A stretch of 54,132 bases of DNA, filler included, from Squatina squatina (GCA_031763465.1; 3 parts of 3 records of this genome joined end to end with filler, not necessarily neighbours in it); one strand, 5' to 3'. Positions 1-12,004 are shown, counted from the first letter of the whole stretch. A program made the numbers and translations. The notes: a model not told the origin generated them from the sequence alone.

Positions 1-549
1 GAACGGTACAGTCTCAATCATGAAGAAACCAGGACAAGAATTATTACTTTGCAGTTTTTGCCGAGTTTTTTGAGTTAAGAACACCTCCAGTGCTCTGTGG
101 CCTATTTCTGTTCTTCCCTCGGTTGTGCCAGATGAGTATGCCATCCCACATATTGCACAAGTTTCTTCAAAAGCAAAGCTACGTCTCCATCAGTCATCCG
201 GTGCCACATGCTGGTCCTTAGCTGACCTGAAGTAGGTGACTGGTGCTATCAACCCTCCACCAATGCCAGCTAAGAAGGTGAGAGAAGGTGGGCCGGCCAG
301 ATACACCCGGGGAGGTGTGCAAGGGTGGCCCACCTTTTCTTCACCATCTTCCTGCTCGCTGCATGGTCTCTGCCTCAACAGCTGTGCCGAGATGAGGAAA
401 AACTGCGCTCCCCCTACCTCGGTGGCATTCAGCCGGAACAAAGTGACTCGCGGGCACCTCACCACCTCACAGGAGGCAGCTCTCTGACCGGGTCATGTTC
501 ACCATTTTCCAACGCCACAATCGGAGACCATATCTTCTGGAACACTAAC

Positions 550-710
550 CGTGGCCCTGCTCGGTCTGGGCGTAGGTGCCGATGATCTGCTGGGTGTAAG
601 ACAGGTGCAGCCATTTCTCTCTCTGCTCTGAAGTGCACTGGTTCTCCAGGGTGGGTATGAACATGGCAAAGTGGAGGCCCAGGGCATCTATCTTGCTGCC
701 CAGACAAGCT
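550..710 (-). CDS. ACOX1: Peroxisomal acyl-CoA oxidase 1, internal exon (one of the mutually exclusive exon-3 variants)
   Basis: Translates to ACLGSKIDALGLHFAMFIPTLENQCTSEQREKWLHLSYTQQIIGTYAQTEQGH(G), matching the ACOX 'IIGTYAQTExGHG' motif. It is 161 bp with a ctgcag acceptor and GTTAGT donor, and lies next to EVPL as in human 17q25. Confidence 0.9.
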
Positions 711-1477
711 CTGCAGGGTATAATCAATAACTGACATGGGATGGTGACTCACAAAGTCATGCAATACAAGACACCCGTGCTGCTCCCAGCAAGCTCTATT
801 CTGATTAATATTGGCATTATATAAAACACTTTACTACTCAATGTTTCAGAGTCTTCATGTGACCCCAGTAACTAAACCTGAGCCAACAATGTTCCACGCA
901 GGGCGATGAATGTCCAGTTCATTAGTTTTCAGGGGTGTTGGTTGAGGGAAAGAATATTGGCCTAACTAGAAGGAGAAACCCCTGCTCTTCGAGCGGTGCT
1001 GTGGGTTCAGGCAAATGGGACCTTGCTGCCTTATGCAANNNNNNNNNNNNNNNNNNNNNNNNNNNNNNNNNNNNNNNNNNNNNNNNNNNNNNNNNNNNNN
1101 NNNNNNNNNNNNNNNNNNNNNNNNNNNNNNNNNNNNNNTAAAGCAACTGTTTTATGTTAAAATGAACTCTTTGGACATAAAGCAGGCTAATGTTTCACAT
1201 CCTGCACCTTACAGTTCTCCATGCACTTAAGTAAAAAGAAATGTATTGTAGCATGCAGACAATGACATAGCATTAAAAGCCCCTCTATAATGTGTATACC
1301 TTTAAATATAAAAATAAACAAGACTTGAGTAGGACAGCCTTAGCCCCCTGGGGAGAAAAAAGACAAGGAGATCTGTAATACAACTTCAGTACGTTGAGTA
1401 ACTAACAAGAGGACGTTTGTCTTGGAAGTTGTTGTCGACACACATGTGAAACACTCAATGGCATCTACAGGCAGTGG

Positions 1478-2568
1478 TTAGTATCTGTCGAAACGACTTT
1501 GTGATTGATAGCTGGAGAGCTGATGAGGCTCCGAGTTGACCGGGAGGAGCAGCAGGCCTGAGAGCTCGTCTATCTGGCAGCGACTCATCAACTCTTTGTA
1601 GTGGACTCGCTCCTTGGTGGTGGGGTCGGTGAGATCCTTCGCGTAGTTGGAGACCTCCTGCAGGACCCTGGCAGTGTTGCTGTCGATCATCTTGGACTTC
1701 AACGCCTCGGTGACGGGCACGCGGCCTGAGCAGTTGGGGTCCACCAGCCCGCCGGTGAGGTACTGGACTTCCAGGTACTGGTGGGCGCTCTCCGTGGGCA
1801 GCCAGCCCTTCTGGACAGCCTCCCCGACAGAGAGACGTTCTTTGGTGACGGGGTCTTCGAGCCCAGTGAAAGCTTTCTGCGCATTGATCAGTCTTCTCGC
1901 GTGGATTTTGTCGACCAGGTTCCTCTCGACTGCCTTGTGGACTGAGTGCCTTTCCCTGGTCAAGACGTCGATGATCCCACCTGTGGCCGCCTGTGCTTCC
2001 AGCAGCCTTTGAGCAGTGATGGGATCTAGTAGTTTCTTGTTCAAGGCATTTGTGACCGACAACCTGGAATTAGTGGTATTATCATAGACTCCAGCTATGG
2101 GTTGCTGATCCCGGTCTTTGTGTGCTCTGTAGGTCGCAAAGTTTGGGCTCGCGTAATTTGACGATTGATACGTTGGAGAAATTGGTGGCATGGAGTTTAT
2201 TGAGCCTATGTGTAATGCTGTTGGTTTGGTTTCACCTGCTACTAGCAGTGCAAACTCAGATATTGGAATCTTTCCTTCCCTATAAAATTGCAGCTCTTCT
2301 CTAGTGATTCGTTTGTCCTTCAAAGCGGCCTCAATGGAGTATTGTTTGCCACTTTTCTTGTCTCGAAGGACAGAGGTTTCCCCTGATGGACCGTGGGTGG
2401 AAATCTCTTCCCAGTCACATTCCAGCTCCTGCAATTGGATGTATTGTTGTCTATCTATCATGTTCTTTTTGTAAGCCTCATAGGGTGACAAGTCCTCCCC
2501 AGTAACTGGATCCACAATAGATATCTTAGTGGACAAGTTGGTTTCTCTCATCTGCATGTCTCGATGGC
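1478..2568 (-). CDS. EVPL: Envoplakin, 3' part of terminal exon (linker plus plakin repeat domain) to stop codon
   Basis: RETNLSTKISIVDP...LSPYEAYKK...QLQELECDWEE...KKSGKQYSIEAAL...ISEFALLVAGE followed by plakin repeats (RLLEAQAATGGIID, YLEVQYLTGGLVDP). Open up to the 13-N gap. Confidence 0.95.
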
Positions 2569-3394
2569 NNNNNNNNNNNNNGGGATCAAAGCTAAAAGTA
2601 TTGGCAACCTACCAAGCGAAAGGTTATCTAATTCTGTAAGCTGCTGTAAGTTGTAACAATCAGGTTGAAAGATTATGAAGTATACTGATGACCTGGAGAA
2701 TTATAGTTGGTGTTTTGAAAGGCATGCAAAGTTCTAACGCTGCCTTAGACGACGGTTAGTCGAACAGAAAGCATCCATTTTCTTTGTCAGCACCTAAAGT
2801 GGATGCTGCAAGCAGAGGTGCTTTAAATTCTTTTTTAACCTTTATTTCATCTCGGACACTTTGAACTGTTTTTAATCATCTTTTCTCTTTGACTGCCAGC
2901 ATCCTCACTTTTTCTGCAACTGCCATGTTTCAGTTTAAGCTTTTGTGACGCTGATGTAAAAAGAGTTCAAACCAGTCCAGAAGTTTGGCTTCCAGAATAA
3001 ATGATGGACACTCAAGGCAATTTGAATGTCAGCATATATAATACAGACTCCTTACTGTGTATTATTCATCACTACTGCTGGCACACTGTGAGTTACAAAG
3101 TCGAGCCAAAAGCTGTAGAATGTATTTTTCTTTTGGAATCAGCTAAAAGGCTCATTCATCTAGTCGCTGCACTTGGTGTCGTTTGTCACAATTAAAAGAA
3201 ATGAGGAATAACAGTCAGGTGGTCTTTAGGTTGAGGGGACAGACATAGACTGTGGTCGTTGGAGAGGAGACACTCACAAGCTGCTATTTCCATTGCCAAG
3301 GCAATCCATTCCTCTATTGATGTCACCTAAATGAAGTGCTGTTTGAGGAGCAACAGCATCAGTTGTAAAATATACAATTGCAAATTGTTATTTT

Positions 3395-3478
3395 TTTTAA
3401 TTTATTAAATGTTTTCTTACGTTTCCTTTCTGTCTCTCTCTCTCTCTCTCTCTCTCGTAATCCAATCTTCCTTTCCCT
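3395..3478 (-). repeat. Fragment of an interspersed repeat containing (GA)n, fused to the EVPL rod sequence
   Basis: Minus strand agggaaaggaagattggattac(ga)n-cagaaaggaaac...aataaattaaaa resembles 10787-10865 on the + strand. Confidence 0.6.
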
Positions 3479-4834
3479 CTCTTCATGTTTCTTTCTCTGC
3501 AGCTTGGAGTACATGTTCTGCAGTTCAAATACGAGTGTTTCAATAGTCATTCGTTTCTCAGATTCTTCACGAATTATTTTTCGGAGGCGCGCCGCTTCTT
3601 TCTCCAGCATCGGATCATCTTCATATTTAACGACATCCTTGGTCACCACTTTGGTCTCGATCTTAGAACGCTCCTTGCGCCATTCATCTCTTTCGTTCTT
3701 CAACCTCTTAATCTTTGCCTGTGAATCACTATGCTCATCGTCCATTTGCGGGATCCGACGCTTGAGCTCAGCAATCTCTTTGAGCATTTCCGGGCTTTTT
3801 TGAAGCTTCACGGTCTCTTGTGTGATATCTTTGTACTGAATTTGAGGTTTCCTATCCTTGAGGACTTCCAGGTCTCCGTGCGCTATGGTGATTTCCATCT
3901 CCACGTCACCCCTTCTCTTTGCAGTTTCTCGTATTTCTTTTTTTAATTTTGTTATCTCTTTCTCAGTTTCTGGAAGGACACAGAAATTCTCACGGACAAT
4001 TTCCTTCATTTCTATTTTTGGTTTCTGGTCGGCAATAATTCTGTATTTCCTCTGCAGCTCACTCAGTTCTTTCTCCAAGACACTAATATTCTGGCTTTCG
4101 TCCTCACAAAGGTTTCTGAGCCTGGATAAGTCCTTTTCAAGTTGAGGGTCCTTTTCTACCTTCTTGATCTCCTTAATCATGACCTTCGGATCAGTCTTTC
4201 CTGATTGTTTCTCCAGAGTCTCAATTTGAGTACGCATGAACCGTATCTTTTCAGTCAGTGATTGCCTCTTCTGACCCTCCTCATCGATCTCGTTTTGAAG
4301 ACTTCTAGAAGCCTTCAGCATACCTGGGTCCTTCTCCACCTTGACCTTTTCGATCATGACAACCTTTTCTTTGAAGTTGACTGGTTTCTGCTCAAGGATG
4401 GTGACCTCTCTCGTTAGGCGGTCCCAATCGCCAATGGTTATTTGCCTTTCTCTTCTCAGAATGCTGATTTCATCGCGTAGATTTTCAGCTTCAGCGTCTA
4501 ACGCGGGGCTCCTCTCAACTTTCTTCACTTCTTTGGTGAGCAGGCCAGTTACTGCTTTCCTTTGGCTATCTTCCAGCAAAGTGATTTTCTGCTTAGTTGA
4601 AATAACCTCGCTCTGGGTCCCCTGTTTTTGTTTCCTTACATCATGGATTTTTTCACGCAAAAGAGAAAGTTTGCTTTCAACCTTGGGGTCCCTGTAGTAC
4701 TCCACCACCTCTTTCTCTTCCGTTGTATCCACAGGTCTTCGTGCCCTTAGAAGGCTAAGTCTTTTGGTCTGCTCTTGTAGAGTTGCTTCAGCTAATTTGG
4801 TCTTCTTCTCTTCGTCTTTGTGCTGTTGTGGGAG
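3479..4834 (-). CDS. EVPL: Envoplakin coiled-coil rod domain (5' part of terminal exon)
   Basis: Open frame from the gap, with KEVVEYYRDP and repeated (V/K)EKDP rod motifs, ...KDVVKYEDDPMLEKEAARLR...LQRKKHEE. Homology stops abruptly at 3479. Confidence 0.92.
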
Positions 4835-5071
4835 NNNNNNNNNNNNNNNNNNNNNNNNNNNNNNNNNNNNNNNNNNNNNNNNNNNNNNNNNNNNNNNNNN
4901 NNNNNNNNNNNNNNNNNNNNNNNNNNNNNNNNNNGCCTCCTCCTGTTCCTATGTCCTTATCCTAGGCTGGGTTGTGTCTGAGAATATCTTTAATTGTTAT
5001 GATTTCAGATTCGGCAGATAATCACATTTAAAGGAAATTCATTGTTAGTTGGTTGTCTTTTTCTTCCTCAC

Positions 5072-5218
5072 CTGTCCATCATCCCAGTCACACAGCGCAT
5101 CCACTGGGAAGTGTTTGGAGACGGGGGTACGCCTGGATTTCAGCGGGGCAATCTGAGTGCTTCGTCTCTTCAAATCATTAATCTCTTTGTCCATTTGGAT
5201 GATATTCCTCTCGTCGCC
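5072..5218 (-). CDS. EVPL: Envoplakin internal exon (plakin domain, start of SH3-like insert)
   Basis: 147 bp with ctctcacag acceptor and GTGAGG donor. Translates to GDERNIIQMDKEINDLKRRSTQIAPLKSRRTPVSKHFPVDALCDWDDGQ, the plakin 'APL..RR....V.ALCDW' motif. Not in the ORF track. Confidence 0.9.
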
Positions 5219-5249
5219 CTGTGAGAGGGAAAGAAGTGGGAATAAGAGG

Positions 5250-5621
5250 ATCCAGTCAAATCAGACAGTGGGATCTGGGAATCCAGTCAAAAAGGACAGT
5301 GGGATCTGGGAATCTATTCAAACCAGACATTAGGATATGGGGATCCAGTCAAACAAGACAGTGGGGCCTGGGGATCCAGTCAAATGAACAGTGGGATTGA
5401 GGGATCCAGTCAAACAGGACAGTGGGATCTGGGGTTCCAGTCAGATGGGACAGTGGGATCTGGGAATCCAGTCAATCAGGAGAGTGGGATCTTGGGATCC
5501 AGTCAAACCAAACAGTGGAACCTGGGGATCCAGTCAAACAGTGGGGTGGGATCTGGGGATCTAGTCAAGCAGTGGAGTGGGATCTGGAGATCCAGTCAAA
5601 CAGGAGAATGGGGATCTGGGG
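5250..5621. repeat. 31-bp minisatellite, about 12 copies
   Basis: Unit ATCCAGTCAAACAGGACAGTGGGATCTGGGG with period 31 (5250, 5281, 5312...). Confidence 0.95.
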
Positions 5622-6254
5622 ACAGCAGGTGAAAGATTCTCCGAATGAGTTGGTTCAATTTACAGTTGGATTGCTAATTTGAAATATATTTATTACATGA
5701 CTCTCACAGTGCCTGTCAGTTATCTGTTATACCACTCGCTCTTTGTCTAGGGGATTGTTTGCTGTTGATTATTTTCATCCTGATTGAATTCAATTGACGT
5801 TACGATAGTCGGTGTCACTGGGGATCAGAGTCACAGTAACTAAGCCCACAGCTATCGTTTTCCCCAGTTGAATGCCAACTTGTTGGACAACTTTCAATCA
5901 GCATGGGACAATTATCAAAAACTCGCCAGATGTATGTTAAGACGTCAGTTTGACATATTCTTGTGTTGGGACATTACTAATTTCCATCAAATCTTTCCAG
6001 TGACTTTCTATCCATGATTATTTATTAGGGTTGGCAAATCTGGTTGGATGTATTCACGGAGGCTTCATCACATGACCTCTCGTCTCCAGCTTGGTCAAAC
6101 AGCCTTATTTTCGACGTCTGATATTTTATAAGTAATGAGCAAGAGTTTTCAAAGNNNNNNNNNNNNNNNNNNNNNNNNNNNNNNNNNNNNNNNNNNNNNN
6201 NNNNNNNNNNNNNNNNNNNNNNNNNNNNNNNNNNNNNNNNNNNNNNNNNNNNNN

Positions 6255-6759
6255 CAGAACATCTCCATTCAGTTTGTAAGCGTGACCCCGAGCTTCCGGT
6301 TGCCTGACACCTTTAATCCTCCGCTTCATTCCCACTCTGATCTCTCTGTCCTCGGCCTCTTACACTGTCCCAATGAAACTCAACGTAAGATTGAGGAACA
6401 GCACCTCATCTTTCGATTGACCATTTCACAGCCTTCCGGTCTCAACATCGAGTTCAACAATTTCAGACTATAACCTCTGCCTATATTTTTTAATTCATTC
6501 AGTTATTTTCAACCTTTGTTTCCCTCTAACGGCTGTTGCATTCCCCATTTACACCCTAACGAGACACCTCTTCTATTCTTAACTTGCCCATTACCATTTC
6601 TTTTTACCTTGCAGCATCTCTTAATGTCTCTTAATCTTTTCTGCCTTCCACCCTATCACAAACCTTCCCTTTTGTTCTTTCTCCCACACCTCCCCACCTC
6701 CCCCCTTTCCCTGCCCCTGCACTCGCTTAAAAACCTGCTACAATTCTAACTTTTTCCAG
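6255..6759 (+). mobile_element. Penelope-like element, GIY-YIG endonuclease C-terminus plus pyrimidine-rich 3' region
   Basis: FNPPLHSHSDLSVLGLLHCPNETQRKIEEQHLIFRL...QPSGLNIEFNNFR* matches the C-terminal pattern of Penelope-like endonucleases. The contig ends at ...tttttccag. Confidence 0.85.
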
Positions 6760-8592
6760 NNNNNNNNNNNNNNNNNNNNNNNNNNNNNNNNNNNNNNNNN
6801 NNNNNNNNNNNNNNNNNNNNNNNNNNNNNNNNNNNNNNNNNNNNNNNNNNNNNNNNNNNCTAGTTGTTGAGCTTGTGGACACCTGTGAGCAGTGACTGAA
6901 GGGTTAGCCTCGTGCGCAGTCAACACAACGTTCACTTTTGGCTGAAGAGTTTATTTCAGGGCCTTAAACAAAAAAATAAAAGTTTCCATTTTCTACTTTA
7001 TTCAATTATAAGAAATGTCTGTCAAACAACGGGAATGGCTCAATGCTCAACAACTCAAATCTTTGGAGATTTTAATTCCAGTTCATTCNNNNNNNNNNCA
7101 ACTTGTCTTTTTAAAAGGAAAAATATCATGTACCTGTGGAATGATTCCAGGTTGCACTGGCTTTAACACAGACAACAGAGACTTCAAACAATAAATTGTC
7201 GAGCATTAAATATTCAGCAAGATCTTCAACTTTTGAGTCGGCGGGATGAAATAGTTTGATGAGAAAACAGGAGGAGCTGAGGTGCCTCTGTCTCAGTACA
7301 CAGCAGACTGAACTGATCCTAGCATCGCACTGGCTTTCTGTGCTGTCCTCCCAGGCCAGCCAGTGATCATCGCTAACCGTTTAGAGAATCAGAAAGCTGG
7401 AGTTGGAATTATCAATGTGCAATTCTTCACTTCTGCAAACACCTGCCTGTATGCAGCAGCAGTAAGAGTGAGAGGAGACAGGCACTTCTGGGGCTTGCAG
7501 GTTGGTGTGGGGCTGTGCATCTCGTTAGCTGGATGTGGATTGTTGCAGGTGTGCAATGGGTTGCTTCAGGCTTCTCCACTGACCTCTTTTCACCGTGCTT
7601 GAGAACACACGTAACTAGGACAACGGGCTTTTTCCCAGACCCAAGAAGGGATGGGGACTATTTAAACCAGGTGCTCATATTTCAAATTTAGCAGGTGACC
7701 ATCCCCGACAACGGNNNNNNNNNNATGGGTGTGTGAAACTAGGATCTGAAGCACCATGGTCCTCACCAAAAGGTCTACACCCTCAACATACAGAACAAGG
7801 ATGTCTCAAAACCTATGTGGAACTAAAATGAAAAGGGACACACGGATCCAGTATGCAGCAGAAAGTGAATGCTGTGTTTTATGTACATACCATGTGTAGT
7901 ATGCTACATTAATACAAGGGGCTAGGGGGAGGAGAGAGGAAGGAGTAAAGAACGTAATATGCAATACATATATTAAACAGTCTCCCTGACTGAACTTTAT
8001 CTGCATGTTTTATCACTTAATCTCCATCTTCTCAACTGCGCTTAAAGAAATTAAAACATAAAAGGAGGTTACACCAGTTTCTGGCAGCACAGCCCAAATT
8101 CTTATTGCTCCTGGCTACCAGCCAGAGTCAGACTGACAGAAAGCAGCAAAATATCATAGAGCCTGCTTAGTCTTAGGCTCCCATTATTGATCAGGTTTGG
8201 TGAAGCAGAATTGCTTGCACTTGGCATAGTCCTCAAGGAAAAGGCAATTGAAACACAAGTCTTTTTTTTTACAGTTTGAGGAGCCTGTAAATTAGTAATT
8301 TTACTTTCTCCCACTCCCGACAGGGATTGAGCCTATAACCCAGGTACTTTCACAGGTAAGTTTATGGGAAACACAGGCCACTCAGTGCTGTATCTGGGAG
8401 GACAGGGTTGAATGGATTCCACGACCCAAATAGAAAAAGAGTTAAGGATCTTGTGAGGCTGGTGTCAGAGATCAGTTCAGTCTGCTGGGCACCCCTTGGT
8501 TTCTCCATGGTTTCCAATTACATTTGAAGTGTTAAAACTCCTTTCAGAGATGCAAGAGTAGACACAGACCGTTACATGAAACGAAATAGACT

Positions 8593-8820
8593 TCAGCCAC
8601 GGAAGCCAAAGAAACCCTTGATGTAGCCGGTGAGGCCTCCTTTCCCTTTCTGCTCCACTTTGTCCTCCAAGGCTGGGAATGTTGCATGGTTCAGAGCCAG
8701 GTCAAAGAACAGGGGCTTGCAGGGGATCGGCTGGAAGTCCGGTGGGAAACGCACTAGATTGGCATGCTTCGTGACCAGAGAGGGATCGATGAGGAACACG
8801 TCCAAACACTCTCCGAGAGG
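8593..8820 (-). CDS. SRP68: Signal recognition particle 68 kDa subunit, last coding exon
   Basis: ctcttgcag acceptor, then PL...DPSLVTKHANLVRFPPDFQPIPCKPLFFDLALNHATFPALEDKVEQKGKGGLTGYIKGFFGFRG*. Confidence 0.95.
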   Translation of the reverse strand, partial: PLGECLDVFLIDPSLVTKHANLVRFPPDFQPIPCKPLFFDLALNHATFPALEDKVEQKGKGGLTGYIKGFFGFRG

Positions 8821-9422
8821 CTGCAAGAGAAGCGTAGTCACAAGGTTACTACCACAGCTCTAAAATGCAGATACAGTTTAACTGGGATCACTGGAGGCGC
8901 TATCACAATGTAAGATCAGCAGTCCTGGTAGGTGACCTGGGTAATACACTGAACTTCATGAGAACGTCACTTGGGAGTCAACCAAAACTACACAACATTT
9001 TCTTTAAAATTTCCCCCATTTTCATCTCCCTTTCCTGAAGATGACGACACACACTGAGGTACAGTGCCACAGGCACCCACCAGCAGAAATTACTTACACA
9101 AGTGGCTGCTCGTCATGCATCGACTTGACCATGGGGACAACCCAGTCCTGGTCTCATCAAATGTCCGCACACAAGCAGCAATCGGGAGTGAGATGCTGGC
9201 TTGCACCTTTTCTCCCTTGCCTTGCTCAGGAACAGTGAGGCCAACTGCAGTGTCACAAATGCCATCCAGGTCAAGATCAACTAACTCAACACCCACCAAG
9301 CAGCCAACCTGTGGTCTNNNNNNNNNNNNNNNNNNNNNNNNNNNNNNNNNNNNNNNNNNNNNNNNNNNNNNNNNNNNNNNNNNNNNNNNNNNNNNNNNNN
9401 NNNNNNNNNNNNNNNNNTTTAC

Positions 9423-9618
9423 CTGAGCTTCCAATTTTGTTTTTGCATCAACGCGATTGCTCTCACACAGGCGTTCCAGCTCCTCTGCGTGTTTGACAGC
9501 TTTTCTGCGCCGAGAGAACAGGTGGAAGCGTTTGCGAGGTTCGGTGTTCGCTTCTTGTTTCAGCTGCATGGCGTAGCTCCACGCTCGCTCTGCGTCCATT
9601 AGAACCAGCAGCAAATAC
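9423..9618 (-). CDS. SRP68: SRP68 internal exon (RNA-binding domain)
   Basis: YLLLVLMDAERAWSYAMQLKQEANTEPRKRFHLFSRRRKAVKHAEELERLCESNRVDAKTKLEAQ with a GTAAA donor. The acceptor reads TAT rather than TAG. Confidence 0.93.
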
Positions 9619-9869
9619 ATAAATATAGGAGGGCAGGATTAGAGAAAGCACTACGCATCTATCAATAGCTTGAAAATACGAGGCCTCTGGTACCTGGCAC
9701 TGCCAACAGCTACAACACCCACCACTACTAATATTAGCGGCTCACTCAGCGCTCCGCTCTCAACTCTCAAAGCATCTCCGACAATTTGTACTACTCAGAT
9801 ATGTGCATAGTTTAAATGGCCAATCTGGGGCCGCAAGTCACATGAAAACTCTCTTTGCTCCACTCCTTT

Positions 9870-10110
9870 GCCCCACCAGTGGTGGCCGTCCTTACAGCCA
9901 TTCAGGCTCTCAGCTCTGCAAATCCATCCCTAAACCTCTCCGCCTCTATCTCCTCCTTCAAGACCCTCTGTAAAACCTACCTCTTTAGCCACCCATGCTA
10001 ATGTCTTCTTCTTCGGCTCAGTGTCAATTTTTGTCTGATTATGCTCCTGTTAAGAGCCTTGGGACATTTTCCCACATTAAAGGCATTATATAAATGCAAG
10101 TTTTTGTTGC
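9870..10110 (+). mobile_element. LINE (L2-like) 3' end
   Basis: ctcctccttcaagaccct...aaaacctacctcttt...ccttgggacatttt...ataaatgcaagtt(gtt) tail. The same family recurs at 40030-40272. Confidence 0.7.
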
Positions 10111-10559
10111 TGAAGCCCAGAAAAGAATTATCTGCTTCTGCAAGACTTCTCCATGAAGTGATTTATTGGCCTTTGTTTTCACAGGAAGCTTTTAGATGCT
10201 CCTCTTTACTGTTTAAAATTAATTACCTGGAGAATCATATATTCCTCAATACTGCAACACCGTAAATATTTAGCACCACAATATGACAGACTCATTGTCT
10301 TATAAACTTACAAATATGAAACACCATCCCCTATCTTATTCAGTTACATAAAAATATTATAGCGGCAAAAAGAAAGCTGATAAAAACAGAAAATGCAAGA
10401 AATACACTGTGGGTTGATCATTAACTGAAAAGAGAAATGATAGGTTAATGTAATGCTAGGTTAATGAAGATCTTCAGAACAAGAAATGAAATTCTAAGTC
10501 CCTTTATGGGACAGAAGTAAACAAACAGGAAGGGGGAGTAAAGGTAAAAGAATTTACAT

Positions 10560-11230
10560 GATGGCAAATGAGCAGCACTCATCGTTCATTACGCTTACAG
10601 CTGCCCACAGACTTTTAGTGGGCTATTGCGCAGCAACTTACAGTAGTTGGAGGGGATCTGGGACCTGTGTGAACAGGACAAACAGCAGCACATCTCTTCA
10701 ACCAATCAGATTGTAGAATCTTTACTGAGACATGCAGACTTTAAACCAGGAAGTGTACAAAATCATGTACAGAAAGTTAAATAAAGAAAGAGGGAAAGAA
10801 AGGTGGGTTTAAGAGAGAGAGAGATAAAAGACGGAAAGACAAACTATAAAAATTATTTTAATTTTATTTTAAACCTCCAACAATTAAATTGAATTAAAAT
10901 CTGAAGGAATAACTCCACAGCCATAAAATTAAATTTTCAATGCCAGAGAGGTTGATTGGTATTAGTTAAGATTATCACACCGCTAAAAATTAATTTACAT
11001 TTGAATGGACAAGCCCTAACTTTTTCTGGCATGTTTAGTGGGCAAGTACCAGAACTCCTCACCCTTCAAGTCCCGCGACGAGGCACCGGTGTAGCGAAGC
11101 TTGTGAAGGAGCAAGGCAAATCGGCAGCAACTTCCAGATTTCTGTGTTTAATTGCTCATGTCCAGACGCTGGAAGTTGCTGCCTAATTTACACTTTAAAA
11201 AAACAGTGCGTGCTGATAGCCTCGCTATTA
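10560..11230. mobile_element. Non-autonomous interspersed repeat (probable DNA transposon derivative)
   Basis: Mosaic of (GA)n, AT-rich and CpG-containing blocks. It shares a segment with 3395-3478. Boundaries are approximate. Confidence 0.45.
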
Positions 11231-12004
11231 TTTTTACTCCTTCTCACTCATACTGCTGATTCACCTCTCTCTCCTCTGCCTCTGGTTATTCTTCCCTCAT
11301 TACTCTGATTCCCATGGCTCTTAGGAAGTGTGGTAATTGCATGTTGTGAATCTGATCTACTACCTCCACTGGCTTTGAGAGGGAGATTGGGACAGCTCCA
11401 CCTCCCAAAAGCATTCCATGAATCTCTCACCTGGGAAAAAGCAGTCACATTATGAATGTTTATCAGGTGATAGTCAAGAAAGAAAGACTGGAAAAAAAGT
11501 AATCTTTCTATTAGGGCAAGGGCTTTAAGTAGTCCAGCTGTGTGTAAGCAACATCCAGAGGGTCTTTTATATTGGTCTTCTTTTGACTTGAATTCCAGGA
11601 TAAATATAAACATTATAAACATTCAGAGCTGGTTCACAGATGTCAGGTACTTTAAAGAAGGCCAATGTAAAAGTGGCTAAGTGCTCAAGGCATACAGGCA
11701 CTCACTAGTGTGAAGCCCTGGTCAAATGTTATATCACAATAGCTTGAGATATTACGAGATGTAATACTGCTTCCATTTGAGTCACGTGGCACACTTCTAA
11801 TTATATTTCCAATCTGAAATCTGGGGCTTCCAGGAATTATTCTCCAACTCTATCGTCTCTACTCATTAAGCATTATTTAGTTTCAAAGATTTTTTTTCCA
11901 AAGTGNNNNNNNNNNNNNNNNNNNNNNNNNNNNNNNNNNNNNNNNNNNNNNNNNNNNNNNNNNNNNNNNNNNNNNNNNNNNNNNNNNNNNNNNNNNNNNN
12001 NNNN

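Noticed and set aside
190-545. Overlapping 83-91 aa ORFs in the ACOX1 intron
   Set aside because: No recognisable domain and no second exon-3 motif; possibly decayed repeat.
2686-2725. CTGATGA...GAAA hammerhead-like words
   Set aside because: No stem II or III pairing.
3359-3478. C-terminal RERERE...ICNCIFYN tail of the 457-aa ORF as a novel EVPL isoform
   Set aside because: It is read-through into a (GA)n repeat fragment at a suspect junction.
1647-4697. Plus-strand ORFs over EVPL (and similar ones over GALR2 and USH1G)
   Set aside because: They are antisense shadows of real coding exons.
5250-5621. CRISPR-like constant/variable periodicity
   Set aside because: The variable part is only a few nucleotides and related between units, the context is a eukaryotic intron, and there are no cas genes.
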